A DNA stretch of 64,000 nucleotides, from contig AP026152.1 of assembly GCA_030295235.1 (NCBI GenBank), positions 124,001 through 188,000 on the forward strand, read 5' to 3'. The notes beneath the pieces are model-generated. The model was not told the DNA's origin and did no database searches. It saw only the letters and a program-made list of their open reading frames with translations. The first letter of the stretch is position 1, and every line of letters starts with the position of its first letter. The stretch comes from Fistulifera solaris. Its lineage: Eukaryota. This document shows, one piece after another, positions 1 to 12,082 of the stretch. Both the position numbers and the translations under genes were made by a program.

Positions 1-53
1 ATAGATTAGTAGCCTATACTTAGCTCATCAAACATATCTATGATTACAAATCT

Positions 54-1953
54 CTATGGCCCCCAATAGCTTCGATACTTCCATTCAAAACCTTCATTGA
101 GACTCATGTCGTTGTTGGCACACTCCGCGTCCGCACAAAGCACACAACACGAACATTCCTCGGCATTGCTCACCAGTACGGAGGAAGCCGCATTCTGGCA
201 CATGAACTGCCAATTCCCAGCAATCCCCGTCTCTATGAAAAAGGCTTGCTTGAGATTCGACAATGATTGAAACGATTCCGGAAGTGGCCCCGTGATTTGT
301 GCGTTGTGACTCAAGAAGAGATATTCGAGTTGGGGCAGTTCACCCCATGACTCGGGTATTCCGCCCGTGAAATTGTTGCGACTCATGTCTAACAGCTCCA
401 TTCGAGTCCAATTTTGTCCCAACCAGGCCGGCAAGTCCCCCGTTCGGTCACTACCACCGATATGAAACGCGACCATGTTACTCATGGCAGCCCAGTCGTC
501 GGGAATGGGTCCAGCCGTAAAAGGATTATCATTGAGAAACAGCGATTGCAGATTCGTGGACAACGTCAGTGGCAACGGCCCCGTCAAATGATTGTGATGC
601 CCAATGAGATGTGTCAAGGCCGTCAAATTCGCCAAAGAGGGAGGAAGAATTCCTTCAATATCATTGTTATGAATCGACAAGAACCGCAATTTGTCGTTGT
701 ACGGAATAGTCCACGTCAATTTTCCCGCAATCGCATTGTCCCCCAACGACAGCACCTCCAAGTTGGGAGCGTTGTACAACAACTTGTGCGGAAACGCTCC
801 ACGGAGTTGTTGATTCCCCATGACATCCAACAAGACCAACTGTTCCGCGAGATGATCAAACGCCAATTCAATATCTCCGTAGAATTGATTTTCTCGGGCC
901 GACAGAATTTTCAAATACGGCATTGCCGCCACGAACGACGGTAAATCTTGCGCAAAATCATTCATATTGAGATACAATTCCGTGAGATTCGCTAGCACAG
1001 GTAATGCTCCCGTCATTTGATTGAAATTGAGATTGAGAATTTGGAGTTCGGACAAGGAAGAAAAACACGACGGCACCGTTCCGTTGATTTGATTTGAATG
1101 CACGTTAAAAAATTGAAGTTTGGTCAGTTGACACAACTCGGTGGGCAAGGAACCCTGTAAGGCATTTTGACCCAACGAGACATGTTGCAGCGTTGTCAGT
1201 CGACCCAGTGCGGTCGGCAGTTGTCCCGCTAATCCCAAGTTGTCTGTAGATGCAATAAATGAGTACTTGTGTCTTGACAGAAAACTTGTTTGTCATTCTT
1301 GTACGTACCGAAGTGCAGAGCGATCGGAATGTTTTGGGCATCGCATTCGACGCCGGGTTGGCCGTCTTTCGAAAACCAGTCACACACGGACGAATCAAAC
1401 GCAAAGAGAGGTCCTCCGAGGGTGAAAAAGGTCAACACGAGAACATAACGGACCAAAAGGGATAGGCACCGACTTTTGTTCCTCCCGGATGCACCGCCAT
1501 CCAGTGTACTGCCTCGTACTGCGGAGAACCGGCTTGTTGTAAAGCAGTCGATGACGATATTTGATTCTCAATCAAGTATTGATAGATCGCTTGTACTTCC
1601 GCCTCGTAGGCATTCATTGTCGGCTCATCCGCTTTCTCTTCCGGTGGAGGCATCACGACGAGACTCACGACAAGAACTGTCATGAGAATCATTCCGATCC
1701 ACAGCCCACAAAACGGGTTCGGACACGCGGTCCGCTTTCGTCGTAAAGCATCGAGTCGCACAATTCCATCGAGTCCTTGATTGAGATGCAATTCCCCGAA
1801 TTCGTCGGGAATCGCTTCTTCGTCTTCGTGCAATCGCCGTTTCACGGTCCAGACATTGCCGTGCGCGTGCTCCAATTCGCACGTATCTTCCGCAAAGGCC
1901 GTGGAAGAGAAATTAATGTCTTCGAATGCAGGAGGTGGGGATTCCGGAATCAT
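54..1953 (-). CDS. Membrane-anchored leucine-rich repeat (LRR) protein: N-terminal cytosolic tail, one TM helix, LRR ectodomain, Cys-rich C-cap
   Basis: ORF 1432-1953 has a TM (LWIGMILMTVLVVSLVVM) and SPQYEAVHWMA. A frameshift near 1460 leads into RYVLVLTFFTLGG...CDW. A 65-nt GT-AG intron (1244-1308) joins LHF to DNLGLAGQLP. ORF 54-1238 has many LxxLxLxxNxLxGxLP repeats and ends in CSCCVLC. Confidence 0.88.
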
Positions 1954-2431
1954 ATTGCTGTTGTAAAGAAAGAGTGCTGCGGCTCATTTTGCCAATGTAG
2001 ACCCGTATGCCTCGGTTGCATCGTTTCGCGTCGATTATTTATTATATATTTGCATCTGTGTTTCTTTTTTTCGAAACGGCGGAGAGAGTGCTGCGGACGA
2101 ATGTGTGTCGGTTTCGCATTTAGGATGCTGGCACGCCGGCAGGGCTACTGGAGAATTTAATACTGTATAACAAAAAGTAGGAGAAATGGAGGTGCTCCTA
2201 AATACAAATTCAGAAATAAATGAGGCAAAAACTGCCTCCAAGATCCAACTCCGAATGCCAGTACACTCTAACGGAGTCTAATTTATTGGAGGGATCTTTT
2301 CAGTCCCGAATGGAAAGATACGGCACACTCCCGATCGTCCTTGACAACGCAAAGAAAGCGGCGTCGGATGCACCATGAAAGCCATTCATTCAGCGCTTCA
2401 ACTGAACATTTAAGCCGTATTACAAATCATC

Positions 2432-2600
2432 ATGAAAAGACAATTAACATCGGAGAACGGGCAAACGCTAAATAACGATAAGGTATAATAAGCAGAGGAA
2501 TGGCGGCCGCGGTTGCGGTTGCAGTGGATAGACCGTGAATTTTTGACAAGCTGCTTTTTTTAAAAGAGGTCTTTATTATCGAGCGCTCGAGAAGTCATCG
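2432..2600 (+). pseudogene. Internally deleted remnant of the BTB family (N-terminal stub plus C-terminal motif)
   Basis: ATG 2432 gives MKRQLTSENGQTLNNDKV*. About 2525-2585 reads IDREFLTSCF(fs)KRGLYY, matching IDRELLRNCLLSRGLYVV of the 20118 paralogue. No BTB core is present. Confidence 0.5.
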
Positions 2601-2994
2601 AGCGTCAACAAAAACGAGATTTGAAACCATGTAAGATGTGGGAGATTTGATTGCCGACGAAAAGACGCTAGTGCGCTCAATAAAAGGAACGTTCGCTGAA
2701 AAGCGATTGAGAGGTACCGGTAATTCCGAATCCTTCGCTAGTGTATTGCGGAATCTTTCACAAATTCAGGAACAAATCAAATTTAGAGCGATAAAAGGAT
2801 GCTTCGCAAGTAGAGAACTTCCTTGATCATTTCGAGTCTTGCGAGGGCTGGAGGCTGTCCAGATGATTTCGAAGAATTTTACCGTCCGATCAGAGATCGC
2901 ACGAAGAGAACATTGAAAAAGCATCGCATTTTCCTCGCATACATCGATTTACCTCGGTTTCGGTAGCCAATTCAACAGATCTGTTCAATCAATC

Positions 2995-3767
2995 ATGACG
3001 ACAAACGACAAAATTGTTCACTTGGATGTCGGAGGTACACTCTATAAAGTCTCCCGCGATACGCTCGAAGTTGCGAAGGCTCCATGCTAGCGAGTTTGAT
3101 CTCGGATCAATGGAAAGAAGGCAATTCGCATGAACCCATCTTCATCGATCGCAACGGTCGTTTGTTTGAGTACGTTCTCGATTATTTGCGAACGAACGAA
3201 GTATACTTACCATCCACGGTCAACGTTGCTGCTGTGCACAAAGACTTTGAGTACTACGGCCTCAATGTGGATATGAACCAAGTACAGGTAACGAATGACG
3301 ATAAAAAGCTTCATGAGCTCCAAACAAAGGTGCTTACACTGTTGGAGACCATCACACCCAAAAATGTTGCGAGCAACGACATCGTCCATTTCAATGTCGG
3401 AGGTACTCAGTATGACGCATCTCCGAATCTGTTCGGATATCATTGCGGAAGCCACGTGCTGGCGAGCTTGGTGAGGAACTCAAACGTTTCCGAGAAACAA
3501 TCCATTTTCATTGATCGCAACGGCCATTTATTTGCCTATGTCCTGGAATATTTGCGAACCGGCAAATGCAATTTGCCTATATCAGTGAGTCGTGACGCTG
3601 TTCGAGAGGAATTTGAATACTACGGTATACGTTTTGTGCCGCAGTATGACCAGGCATGTTTTGACGGCATTGCAAAGAAGCTTAACCAATTACTTCGCGA
3701 CCAAATTTGGAGCGACTCCATCGAGAAATCTAATCGGACGGTGATGTCCCATTGGCGGACGTCATGA
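2995..3767 (+). CDS. KCTD/T1-type BTB/POZ protein with two tandem BTB domains (1 frameshift near 3070)
   Basis: MTTNDKIVHLDVGGTLYKVSRDTL then MLASLIS...IFIDRNGRLFEYVLDYLR...FEYYG. Second domain: VHFNVGG...IFIDRNGHLFAYVLEYLRTG...EEFEYYGI. Confidence 0.88.
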
Positions 3768-4056
3768 CTATTTTTCGAATTGATAGTGAGAAGACCCTTG
3801 CGTACGTGATTTGAAGAGACAGGAAGATATCGAATTTTCGCATAACCTTACACTGCCGAGACTTTTGGACTTGGTATTATTTTCTATAGTGTGGTATTAG
3901 CAACGATCCAGCAAGTTTCAATGACAGTCGGCATAAGAAATACTTCGCTGTTATTTCCAGTTCAGCGGCCGGTGATAAGGGTTTTGCGCGTCAAACAGTT
4001 TTCTCAACAAAGTCAACAAAACTCTCAACGCCGATCGTAGAGTGACGAAAGACACC

Positions 4057-4733
4057 ATGTCCAAGATTGTCCAGTTGGATGTCGGAGGAACGCTTTACAA
4101 GGTCTCACGCGACACGCTCGAACGATGCGAGGGCTCCATGTTGGCCAGTTTGATATCGGAAGATTGGAGGGAAGGAAATTCGGATGAGCCGATCTTTATT
4201 GATCGTAACGGTCGACTCTTTGAGTATGTGCTGGACTACTTGCGGAACAACGAGATCCATGTGCCACCTTCTGTAAGTATTGCTGTCTCAAGAAAGAGTT
4301 TGAGTATTTCGGACTCTTGGAAAGCATTGTGGCAGAGGAAGTCCCAGCCGTCGTTGAGTTGGACGTCGGAGGCATGCTTTATAAAGTTTCACGCCAGGTC
4401 TTGGAGCGCTATAAGGATTCCAAGCTTTGGAAAATCGTATCAAGCCACTTTCAAACAGGTGTATTCGACAGCAATGGTCCCGTCTTCATTGACCGCAACG
4501 GTCGCTTGTTTGAGTATGTTTTGGAGCACGTGCGCACCGACGCATTGAGACTTCCCCCCTCAGTGAGTAACATTGCTGTTAACAAAGAATTGAGATATTA
4601 TGGAGTTGCACCCTATCAGATAATACAGTATGACACACGGTTCGACGAACTGGCGGAACAGATTCTATACGAGCTACTGGCAGTTACAGATTTGGGAAAC
4701 GAAATGGTTCACGAATTGCGATTCAATCGGTAG
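4057..4733 (+). CDS. KCTD/T1-type BTB/POZ protein with two tandem BTB domains (frameshift near 4290)
   Basis: VQLDVGGTLYKVSRDTL...IFIDRNGRLFEYVLDYLR. The second frame gives VELDVGGMLYKVSR...VFIDRNGRLFEYVLEHVR...ELRYYG. Confidence 0.88.
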
Positions 4734-5334
4734 TTTATGTACGAGCGGATCCTGCTGAACTTTTGCTTTAACCTTGGCACGTCTTTTTCGTGGTCTCATC
4801 ATCAGTGTCACGAAATTCACTAGCATAGCTGTTGAGATTTTTTAGTGAAAACAACGATGCTTCGTCAACATTTTCCTCTAAAGCAAATGTTCCATTCTAT
4901 GCTACTAATAACAATCTACAATATATTTGAGGTCTTTGTCGTTGGATTTTCGTGATGGTAACCTTGCACGTGAAGTTTTTGATGGGTCATCATTCTGGTT
5001 TGTGCGAGTCCCTAGACATTATTTAGAATCTCAAGGGACTTGAGGACGCATGCTTGAAAGGTGGGGTCGAGGTTATGCCAGTCCGCATTCACGAAAAGCT
5101 CCGCCGCGCTAGACCTCGAGTGAGCGCCCGTGATCCTCTCCAATTCACAAATCTTATGCATCATGTTCTTACGGTCTAGTATGGATCGTGCAATACACAT
5201 CACGTCAAACCAGCCGCATGTTTCTAGCGTCGACGCAAATTGAGCCGCATTGTCGTTGCCGCTACATCGTTTCAAATACGGCAGCTTGCGAGGAATTTGT
5301 CTCATAAATCTGGGCGACCTTACAATCATACACG

Positions 5335-5983
5335 ATGAGGAACGATTGTGAGAAACTGGTGCGATTCAACGTAGGAGGTACACACTATGATGTGTCGTAT
5401 GACACTCTGAAGCGCTGCAAAGACTTCGTCTATCCTTCTCAAGCTGGCGAGCTTAGTATCCGGCAAATGGGAAGAAGGCAATGGTAACAAGAAATCCACC
5501 TTCATTGACTGTGACAAGCAACCTTTTTCGATTGAGCGTGACGGAGTATTGTTTCAGTACGCGCTCGAGTATTTGCGAACGGGTCAGCTTTGCTTGCCGC
5601 CGTCCGTGAGCCGTGCTGCAATGAAGGAAGAGTTTGAATATTACGACATTGATGTTGATATGACGAGAGTCAAAGAGAGAAACGATGATGTTCATCTCGG
5701 CGATTCGATTATCAAGGACCTCAGCATGATTCTTGCCGAAAAACTGGCATTGCAGGTTGCGGCATACGTCGAGTATGATTTCATTCGAAGAAATTTACCT
5801 TCGACGGGCGGTGAAAGTGATTCTTCCTACTTACGATTACTCTCATTTAAAGACCCACGAAGACTTGTTGAGCGAGCGTTTACTTGCCAGAGGATTGGAA
5901 TACGTATCGAGCGAGTTCGATGGTACGCGAATTGGGTTACCGCCAAGAAGGCGGAAGACAACAGCAAATCGTTGAGAAAGTAG
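5335..5983 (+). pseudogene. BTB/POZ gene copy, disrupted (several frameshifts, small insertions)
   Basis: ATG 5335 gives MRNDCEKLVRFNVGGTHYDVSYDTL. After a shift: LASLVSGKWEEG, a duplicated FID/IERDG segment, LFQYALEYLRTG...EEFEYYDI. The C-terminal LLSERLLARGLEYV is in another frame. Confidence 0.75.
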
Positions 5984-6349
5984 ATATTCGTATGCGTTTA
6001 CGGCGAGCGTTCACGATGTTTCGAAAGTCCACCACCTAGCTAAGTTATCTGATAGCTGCGCGTGGATCTCTGCTTCAGATGAATTAGATAGATAACCTTA
6101 GCCTCGTTCTTCTTTCTTCAGTATGTGAGTGGCGAATGGCGATGACGTCAAACTGAATTTAGGAACCCCTTACTTTCTGCCAAACGGAAATGTCGCGTTG
6201 TTGACGCGTAATTTTGTACGAGGCTTAGCTATTTACCACGTGTTCACGGAAAAGCCACGCCTTCGATGCGGAAAGCCGGCGCTTGCGCACGTATTTTGTG
6301 CGTGGATTACTTGTGGTTCAAGAAAGGCCACGCGTTTTAAAGTGGTGGT

Positions 6350-6646
6350 GTGAAACGTGACATCGCGTAGACAGAGGTTAACCGGTACTGGATACGTGTA
6401 CATTCCTTTATAGTAGAAATAAGACTATCGGGTTAAATGTATGCTTAGGAAGAAAGGCTGCGTATCATCAATCATCAACGTGTTTTGTGAAAGTCTTTCT
6501 CGATTGTGACGTTGGGGGAGAAACGCCACGCAGACGTTGCGAGAAAGTCTCCCAAAATGACTCTTGAATGACAGAAACTCTCCCGAAATGACGCTCGAAA
6601 GGAGAAACGATGGTGGCACACGACAAAAGCGCCACGCGGACTTTCC
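6350..6646 (+). promoter_or_regulatory. Conserved non-coding module, copy A
   Basis: Ordered blocks CGGTACT...GAAAGGCTGCGTATCATCAA...GAAACGCCACG...TCTCCCGAAATGACG...AAAAGCGCCACGCG are shared with 7960-8230, 22171-22460 and 25577-25862. Regulatory function is inferred. Confidence 0.6.
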
Positions 6647-7082
6647 TTATACTTAGAGAGAGGATGCGGCCGAGCCGCAGTGGGTGGGCATGCATGAATG
6701 AGCGAGCATTTTCACGTTTATCTTTCGCGAAGAGGCCGAGCATTACTAATGTTTGAAGGCTATGTGGTGAGCATCTGCCACTCTAGACGCAAATTTAGCA
6801 ACTTTGCAAAGACGAAAAGCCAAGATGAAAACCGGATCGGTCGGACTTTTCCGTCCACATGAATTCGCGGCGTTACTTTCTGTCCGTTTTCGTAGTTTCT
6901 CGCAATCGTGCGACCGTTGTCGAAAACCATCCCCGACGAAGTTGGCTTTCCAGCACCAGTTCGCTGCTCAAAAGAATTCACTATTTTGGAAGAGTCCTAG
7001 TTATCGACTCTTTTAAAGCTTGGCTTTTGAACGATGACGAACGATGTCTCATCTCGAAGCCATGGCCAAACATTAAACACCG

Positions 7083-7751
7083 ATGCGCCGAAGGAAGCCG
7101 ATGAGTTTTCTTTATCAATATCAACGAGTCCACGAGTCAAAGCGAGATGACGTCGTTCACTTGAATGTAGGAGGTACACGCTATGAAGTAGCCCGGAGCA
7201 CGTTGATGCGCTACGAAGGTTCCATGCTGGCCAGTCTTGTTTCCGGCAAATGGAAAGAAGGAAATGGAGAAGAAGAGATCTTTATTGATCACAATGGCCG
7301 TCGCTTTGAATGGGTATTGGACTATTTGCGATCGGATCGAGCGTATGTTCCCGATCTATCGGATCAATCGGCACTCCAAGAGGAGCTGGACTATTTTGGT
7401 ATCGCTACCGATATGAGCAAAGTTTACTTGAAGGATGACTTTCTGACAATCAACGAGCTTAGTAAGGAGATCAAGGAGCTTAAAGCGACTATTGCGCAGA
7501 AAGAAAAGCGAATAGCCGCCATCAAAGAGTCGTATCGCTTGGCCGGTGTGTTCGCTAGCTATTCCGAAAGTGACGAGCTCCTATTTCGTATGAGTGTTGA
7601 CAAGAATGTCGACAAAGAGATGCTTCGCAGCTGCTTGTTATCTCGCGGACTCCACATTGTTCGATCCGGCAGTAAGAAATCCGGCGAAACGACAGTAACT
7701 GTATGTGCCTTTGGACAGAAGGAGAAATTTACGGCCAAGACGAAAAAGTAG
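7083..7751 (+). CDS. KCTD/T1-type BTB protein with coiled coil and C-terminal CLLSRGL domain (intact)
   Basis: Uninterrupted 222-aa ORF: VHLNVGGTRYEVARSTL...IFIDHNGRRFEWVLDYLR...ELDYFGI, heptad stretch ELSKEIKELKATIAQKEKRI, then MLRSCLLSRGLHIV. Confidence 0.92.
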   Translation: MRRRKPMSFLYQYQRVHESKRDDVVHLNVGGTRYEVARSTLMRYEGSMLASLVSGKWKEGNGEEEIFIDHNGRRFEWVLDYLRSDRAYVPDLSDQSALQEELDYFGIATDMSKVYLKDDFLTINELSKEIKELKATIAQKEKRIAAIKESYRLAGVFASYSESDELLFRMSVDKNVDKEMLRSCLLSRGLHIVRSGSKKSGETTVTVCAFGQKEKFTAKTKK

Positions 7752-7959
7752 AAAGAAACTGGTTGGACGCCGAATGTATCTTGAATTATTCACCTGCCTA
7801 TTTCAGTTTTATGCTTGTGTCAGTGCAGCTTTTATAATCGATGGCGTGTGATTTTTCTTTTAAGATTATCTTGTATTTTCTCTGCGTCTCTATCGATTGT
7901 AGTTTTATCTAAATGTAGGACCTTTAGTGATGATTGATGATGATTCGTGAAACAGCCGT

Positions 7960-8230
7960 TAATGTGACTCACGCATGAGATCTCACGAACAAAGTCAACC
8001 GGTACTCGCTGGTCAAGTAGTACTTCAAAAATCGTTTTTCGGTATGACGATTTTTGTACCGAAACGAAGAAACGCTGCGTATCATCAACGTGTTTTCTCG
8101 GAAACTTTCGCATTTTCGACGTTTTCGAGGAAACGCCACGTAAAGTGGGACGAAACTCTCCCGAAATGACGGAAAACAAAACGAGAACTCGGACACCATG
8201 AGAAAATGCCACGCGAAGCTATTATCCGCA
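7960..8230 (+). promoter_or_regulatory. Conserved non-coding module, copy B
   Basis: ACCGGTACT...GAAACGCTGCGTATCATCAACGTGTTTT...GAAACGCCACG...AAACTCTCCCGAAATGACG...GGACAC...AAATGCCACGCG. Closest to copy A. Confidence 0.6.
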
Positions 8231-9231
8231 TGTGACGATGAGCCTGTCGTGCGACAGCAGCACCACATTACGTCTTCACTTAGACTAGTTGGTCTTCCTA
8301 ATAGATAATGAATGAATGTTCATTGATTAATCGGCGAGATGGGCGAACTAATTTAGAAGCGCAGGGCGAAATATTCAGCGACCAATTAAATGAAGGCAAG
8401 ATAGTGACGACGAGTTCGCAAGAAGCGACAACCTTCCGGCTTCGTCTAGATTGCAAGAAAGAGCTTCCATTTTATTACGACGACAGGAATTGCAGCATGA
8501 TGAGCAACGACCAAGGCAATGACGAACGCATGATTGTTGGGTTCGATATGAGGAGAGCGATAGCCAAAGAAATGAGCGGCACGCATACTCAAGGGATAGC
8601 ATCCATGTCGACGGTTCATTCTCCTATCGATATCAATGAAGAAGAGAATTCGATCGTGACGAAAAATTTTTTATCATACAAGACGATCAGCAACCTCTCG
8701 GCGCCGACGGGAAAGAGGATTTTCCTCCACGCATGCTCCAACACTCGCCTCTAAGTGATCGAGCCGCGATTTATAAACAGGCTGGATACCATGATATGGA
8801 TGCAGTTTGGAATCATAGAGGGAGAGAGATGGTCGTGTCGTACAACCCGTCGACCACAGGAAACCAGAGTTCAGCAATTATCGAGAGCTCTTCGTCTACA
8901 AACAGGCTTGCAGAGATTGGTAACGAACGAACCTGGTTGAGTCGATTATCGACTTCTTGCCATCGATCAGCAATCCTACGCATCGTGAAATTCGTTTGGA
9001 TCGGCTACGCCAGCTTGTATATGCCACAGGTTTGGTATACGTCGCAAATGATTTGGCGGTTTGAATTTGGGCCGATGACGAGAACGCACGCGACAAACGA
9101 AAACGATCATGCAAGTGATGATATCGGGGAATGCAGGACGGATTGTTGCAATAAAATTGCTCCGTCGACTGCTGCTAAAAGGTGCCAAAGGAAGGAGACA
9201 ACTCATTGTCGAGAGGCGCCTCTCGCGGCAG

Positions 9232-9487
9232 GATCTTAGTGCGTCCGTTGCGGAAAAACTTGCAGCACAGGTATCTGCCGTTGTCGAATCACGATTTCAT
9301 ACGGAAGAATTTGCCGCATGCAGGTGTCAAGACCATCCTACCGACCAATGATTACTCTCATCTAGAACAACATCTGGATTTGTTGCGCGATCGATTACTT
9401 TCGAGAGGACTGGAGTATATTTCAAGTGATGTTGTGTCGAGTCGATCGTGGGTCTCCGTTCAGAACGCTGAAAATTGTTACTGGTAA
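9232..9487 (+). pseudogene. C-terminal remnant of a BTB-family gene (5335 subfamily), joined to unrelated upstream sequence
   Basis: DLSASVAEKLAAQVSAVVE / HDFIRKNLP...ILPTNDYSHLEQHLDLLRDRLLSRGLEYISS aligns with 5715-5940 (DLSMILAEKLALQVAAYVE...LPTYDYSHLKTHEDLLSERLLARGLEYVSS). No BTB core is found upstream. Confidence 0.72.
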
Positions 9488-9921
9488 GCAAGATGAGCGG
9501 ACAGCATTCAACGAGAAGTTTCCGACTGCAAACCATGGATGTTGATCCGTGTACACAGGTAGATTGAAGCGCTTCTGAGACCAATGAACGATCCGACTCC
9601 CGCTGACGGTGCCGTCTTGGAAAGCAGCTACCAGTACGATTCGGATTCTGATGATTAAGACGCTGAACTTGAATATTCATTGTTTGTTGATAACTCATAC
9701 TTTGTAACTTGAATGAATCAAAAGGCTTTGTAAAGCTGTTGATGTTATTTTTTTATAAAATGTGCTTTCGCCCGCGACTTGTTTCCAGTCATGAGATGAT
9801 ACTCAACGGACGCTGTGCACGAAAGCAAGATATAATGCGACGAGATGTATTTTATATTTCAAAGCAAAATACATGGTACGATCGTTTTTTTCACTATTCG
9901 ACACTACCTTAATACAATACA

Positions 9922-11832
9922 ATGAAGAGAAGTATTGAAGACCTGTCTCCGACGATTCGAGAAAACGCGATGCTGTTGTCTCTTGACGACGACGCTCATG
10001 GCAGTGTTGCTGCGTACGCGAGCCAGCGATCATCCGAGTATGAGACTTTCTTGTAAGCGCATTCGCGACATGATCGACTCGTTTCAATACCGAAAAGAAC
10101 GCAGCGTGCAAGGTTTTGCGGAAGTGAATGTCGATCTGCTCTCTGGTTTCGAGCAGTATCAGCTGTCAAAGAAATCGATGGGGAAGATCCTCCCAGTGAG
10201 GAAGATGATTACTTCGATGAAAATTACGATACATTTGGATACATTCATGAATACGGCGACCACTCATTTGAAAGAGATTGTTTTCGCGTGTTTGTAGACG
10301 GCCGTCCGCTGCACAAGCTTCGCAAAAGGGAAGAATTTAATTTGCATGTACGGCTTTTGCCACTCTGTGCCCCATTTTGGGATCTATGTGATTGCTACAA
10401 CCAAACCCTCTGCGATCTGGGAACTTCTTTATTTATCGATAAAGGCAAGCCCAAGGTCGCGTCGATCAAAAACGCAGTTGCTTGTAATGACGATTTCCCT
10501 TTACCAAGTCTGTTGTATATTCAAGACTTTGTCCTTCCTTTTGAACACCGATTTATTGGAGTCAACCGTTGGGCCGTTGCTCATCAAGGAAGTCCTGAAG
10601 CTCTTACTAGGAATGTACTCAATATCCATGTACGTCCCGTATAGAGAAACACAATTTACCAAAGAGGAAGCCGATGCTGAGAGAAACACACGCTTTCGTT
10701 TTGACGAAGAAAAGACGGATGAAGATATCTAAGCCGAAGAAGAGCGGCAAATTCGTTATGAAGCTTACAAGCACCAAGACATGCGACAGTTCTTTAGGGC
10801 TGGGTTTCAGCAAGTAAATGACCGATCAGTCGTAGAGAAGTCTGACTACAGCTATGTTTTCGCCTCTCCTGAAGACGCAAACGAGTCGATTTTAACGCTG
10901 GAAGAAACATTGAAAATACCTATCGCACGCAAAACGCCCACGCGACCGGAACCGAGGGGTTTAGCAAGGGAATTTTGGCTTCTCGTCAGAAAACAAATTT
11001 GCGAATGGGATGTCATGACCGAAGAGTTGAATAATCTACGCATACCTCCCCTCGAGAAGCCTTTGTTCAGCCCAAATGATTGAGGACTTTAACGGCAATG
11101 TGCAGCAATTAAGAGATCAAGAGGACGTGCTCAATACATCAATACAGGAGCGTGCACTGATGGCTCAAGACGTTAGCGCATTGGAGGAATCCAGAGAGAC
11201 TGTGCGCGATCTCGTCGTGACCTAGAAGAGAAGATCGACAAGTTGTGCAGTACATTGCAAACCGGATTTGCTGAAGCGGTAATTTGAAAGGAGGCAGAAA
11301 TGAAAACTTGGCAGGATGAAGCTCGAAACGAAGTAAAGACTATTATTGAGAAGGCGGAAAATATCCTGCAGCTGTTCTATGAATCGGATGTGATTCACGT
11401 TGCTGCAGCTGGGAAGAATTTGGATCAACTTTTGATGCTGCTTGATTTCGTGCCAGACTCCGACAAGCCAAAGGCTGTGAACGCACTTGATCGCTTAGGG
11501 CTAACACCTCTTATGGTATTGGCGAGCATCGCGCCTAGTGCTGGTTGACCAAATGTCGACAAACAATGGAGGCTCTAATCAAAATGGGCGCTGATACTGG
11601 TATCGTTCATGCTTCTAACGGTTTATCAGCTTTTGGACACTTTCGCGACAGTCACAAGCAAGAAGAAATGCCCGAATCATGTTTCGCTTACCAGAGCCAT
11701 CCGGCTGAAGTTAAAGCAGAAGTTTTATGAATTGAAGCGCTTCTACGCCCTGCCGATGGCCCAACCCCTGCCGACGGCTATATAGAAACAAAGAAAGAGT
11801 CAAATTCGGATGACGACGAATCTGATTATTGA
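9922..11832 (+). pseudogene. F-box-like / GNAT-like / coiled-coil / ankyrin-repeat protein, copy 1 (many indels, one in-frame TAA)
   Basis: Reconstructed start MKRSIEDLSPTIRENAMLLSLDDDA-LMAVLLRTRASDHPSMRLSCKRIRDMIDS (F-box-like). Then FWDLCDCY...LLYIQDFVLPFEHR...DMRQFFRAGFQQV, and ankyrin IHVAAAG...VNALDRLGLTPLM...LIKMGAD. TAA at 10730-10732 corresponds to CAA in the paralogue. Confidence 0.7.
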
Positions 11833-12082
11833 AAAGAGTATTTTGACTTCGGTTTAAATTTGCTCTTATATTTTATACGGAGTAAACCCTTTTTTCACCG
11901 TAGCCGCTGACACGACAGGTTTTAGTCACGAGAAAAATTCAGTGCCGCAAAAGATCTCCTCCGCCGCCTTCAGCGTTCGCGAAAATCGCGTCGCAGGCAA
12001 CAAATATAAACGATTAAGCATTCCGAATTTTGATCAAAACAAAAAGAGTGTGTGTTAGATTTTATGTTATTACTTCAGCAAT

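Noticed and set aside
5012..5329. 105-aa minus-strand ORF
   Set aside because: No recognisable motif, and its ATG is only 5 nt from the divergent BTB start. It could be a captured fragment but cannot be supported as a gene.
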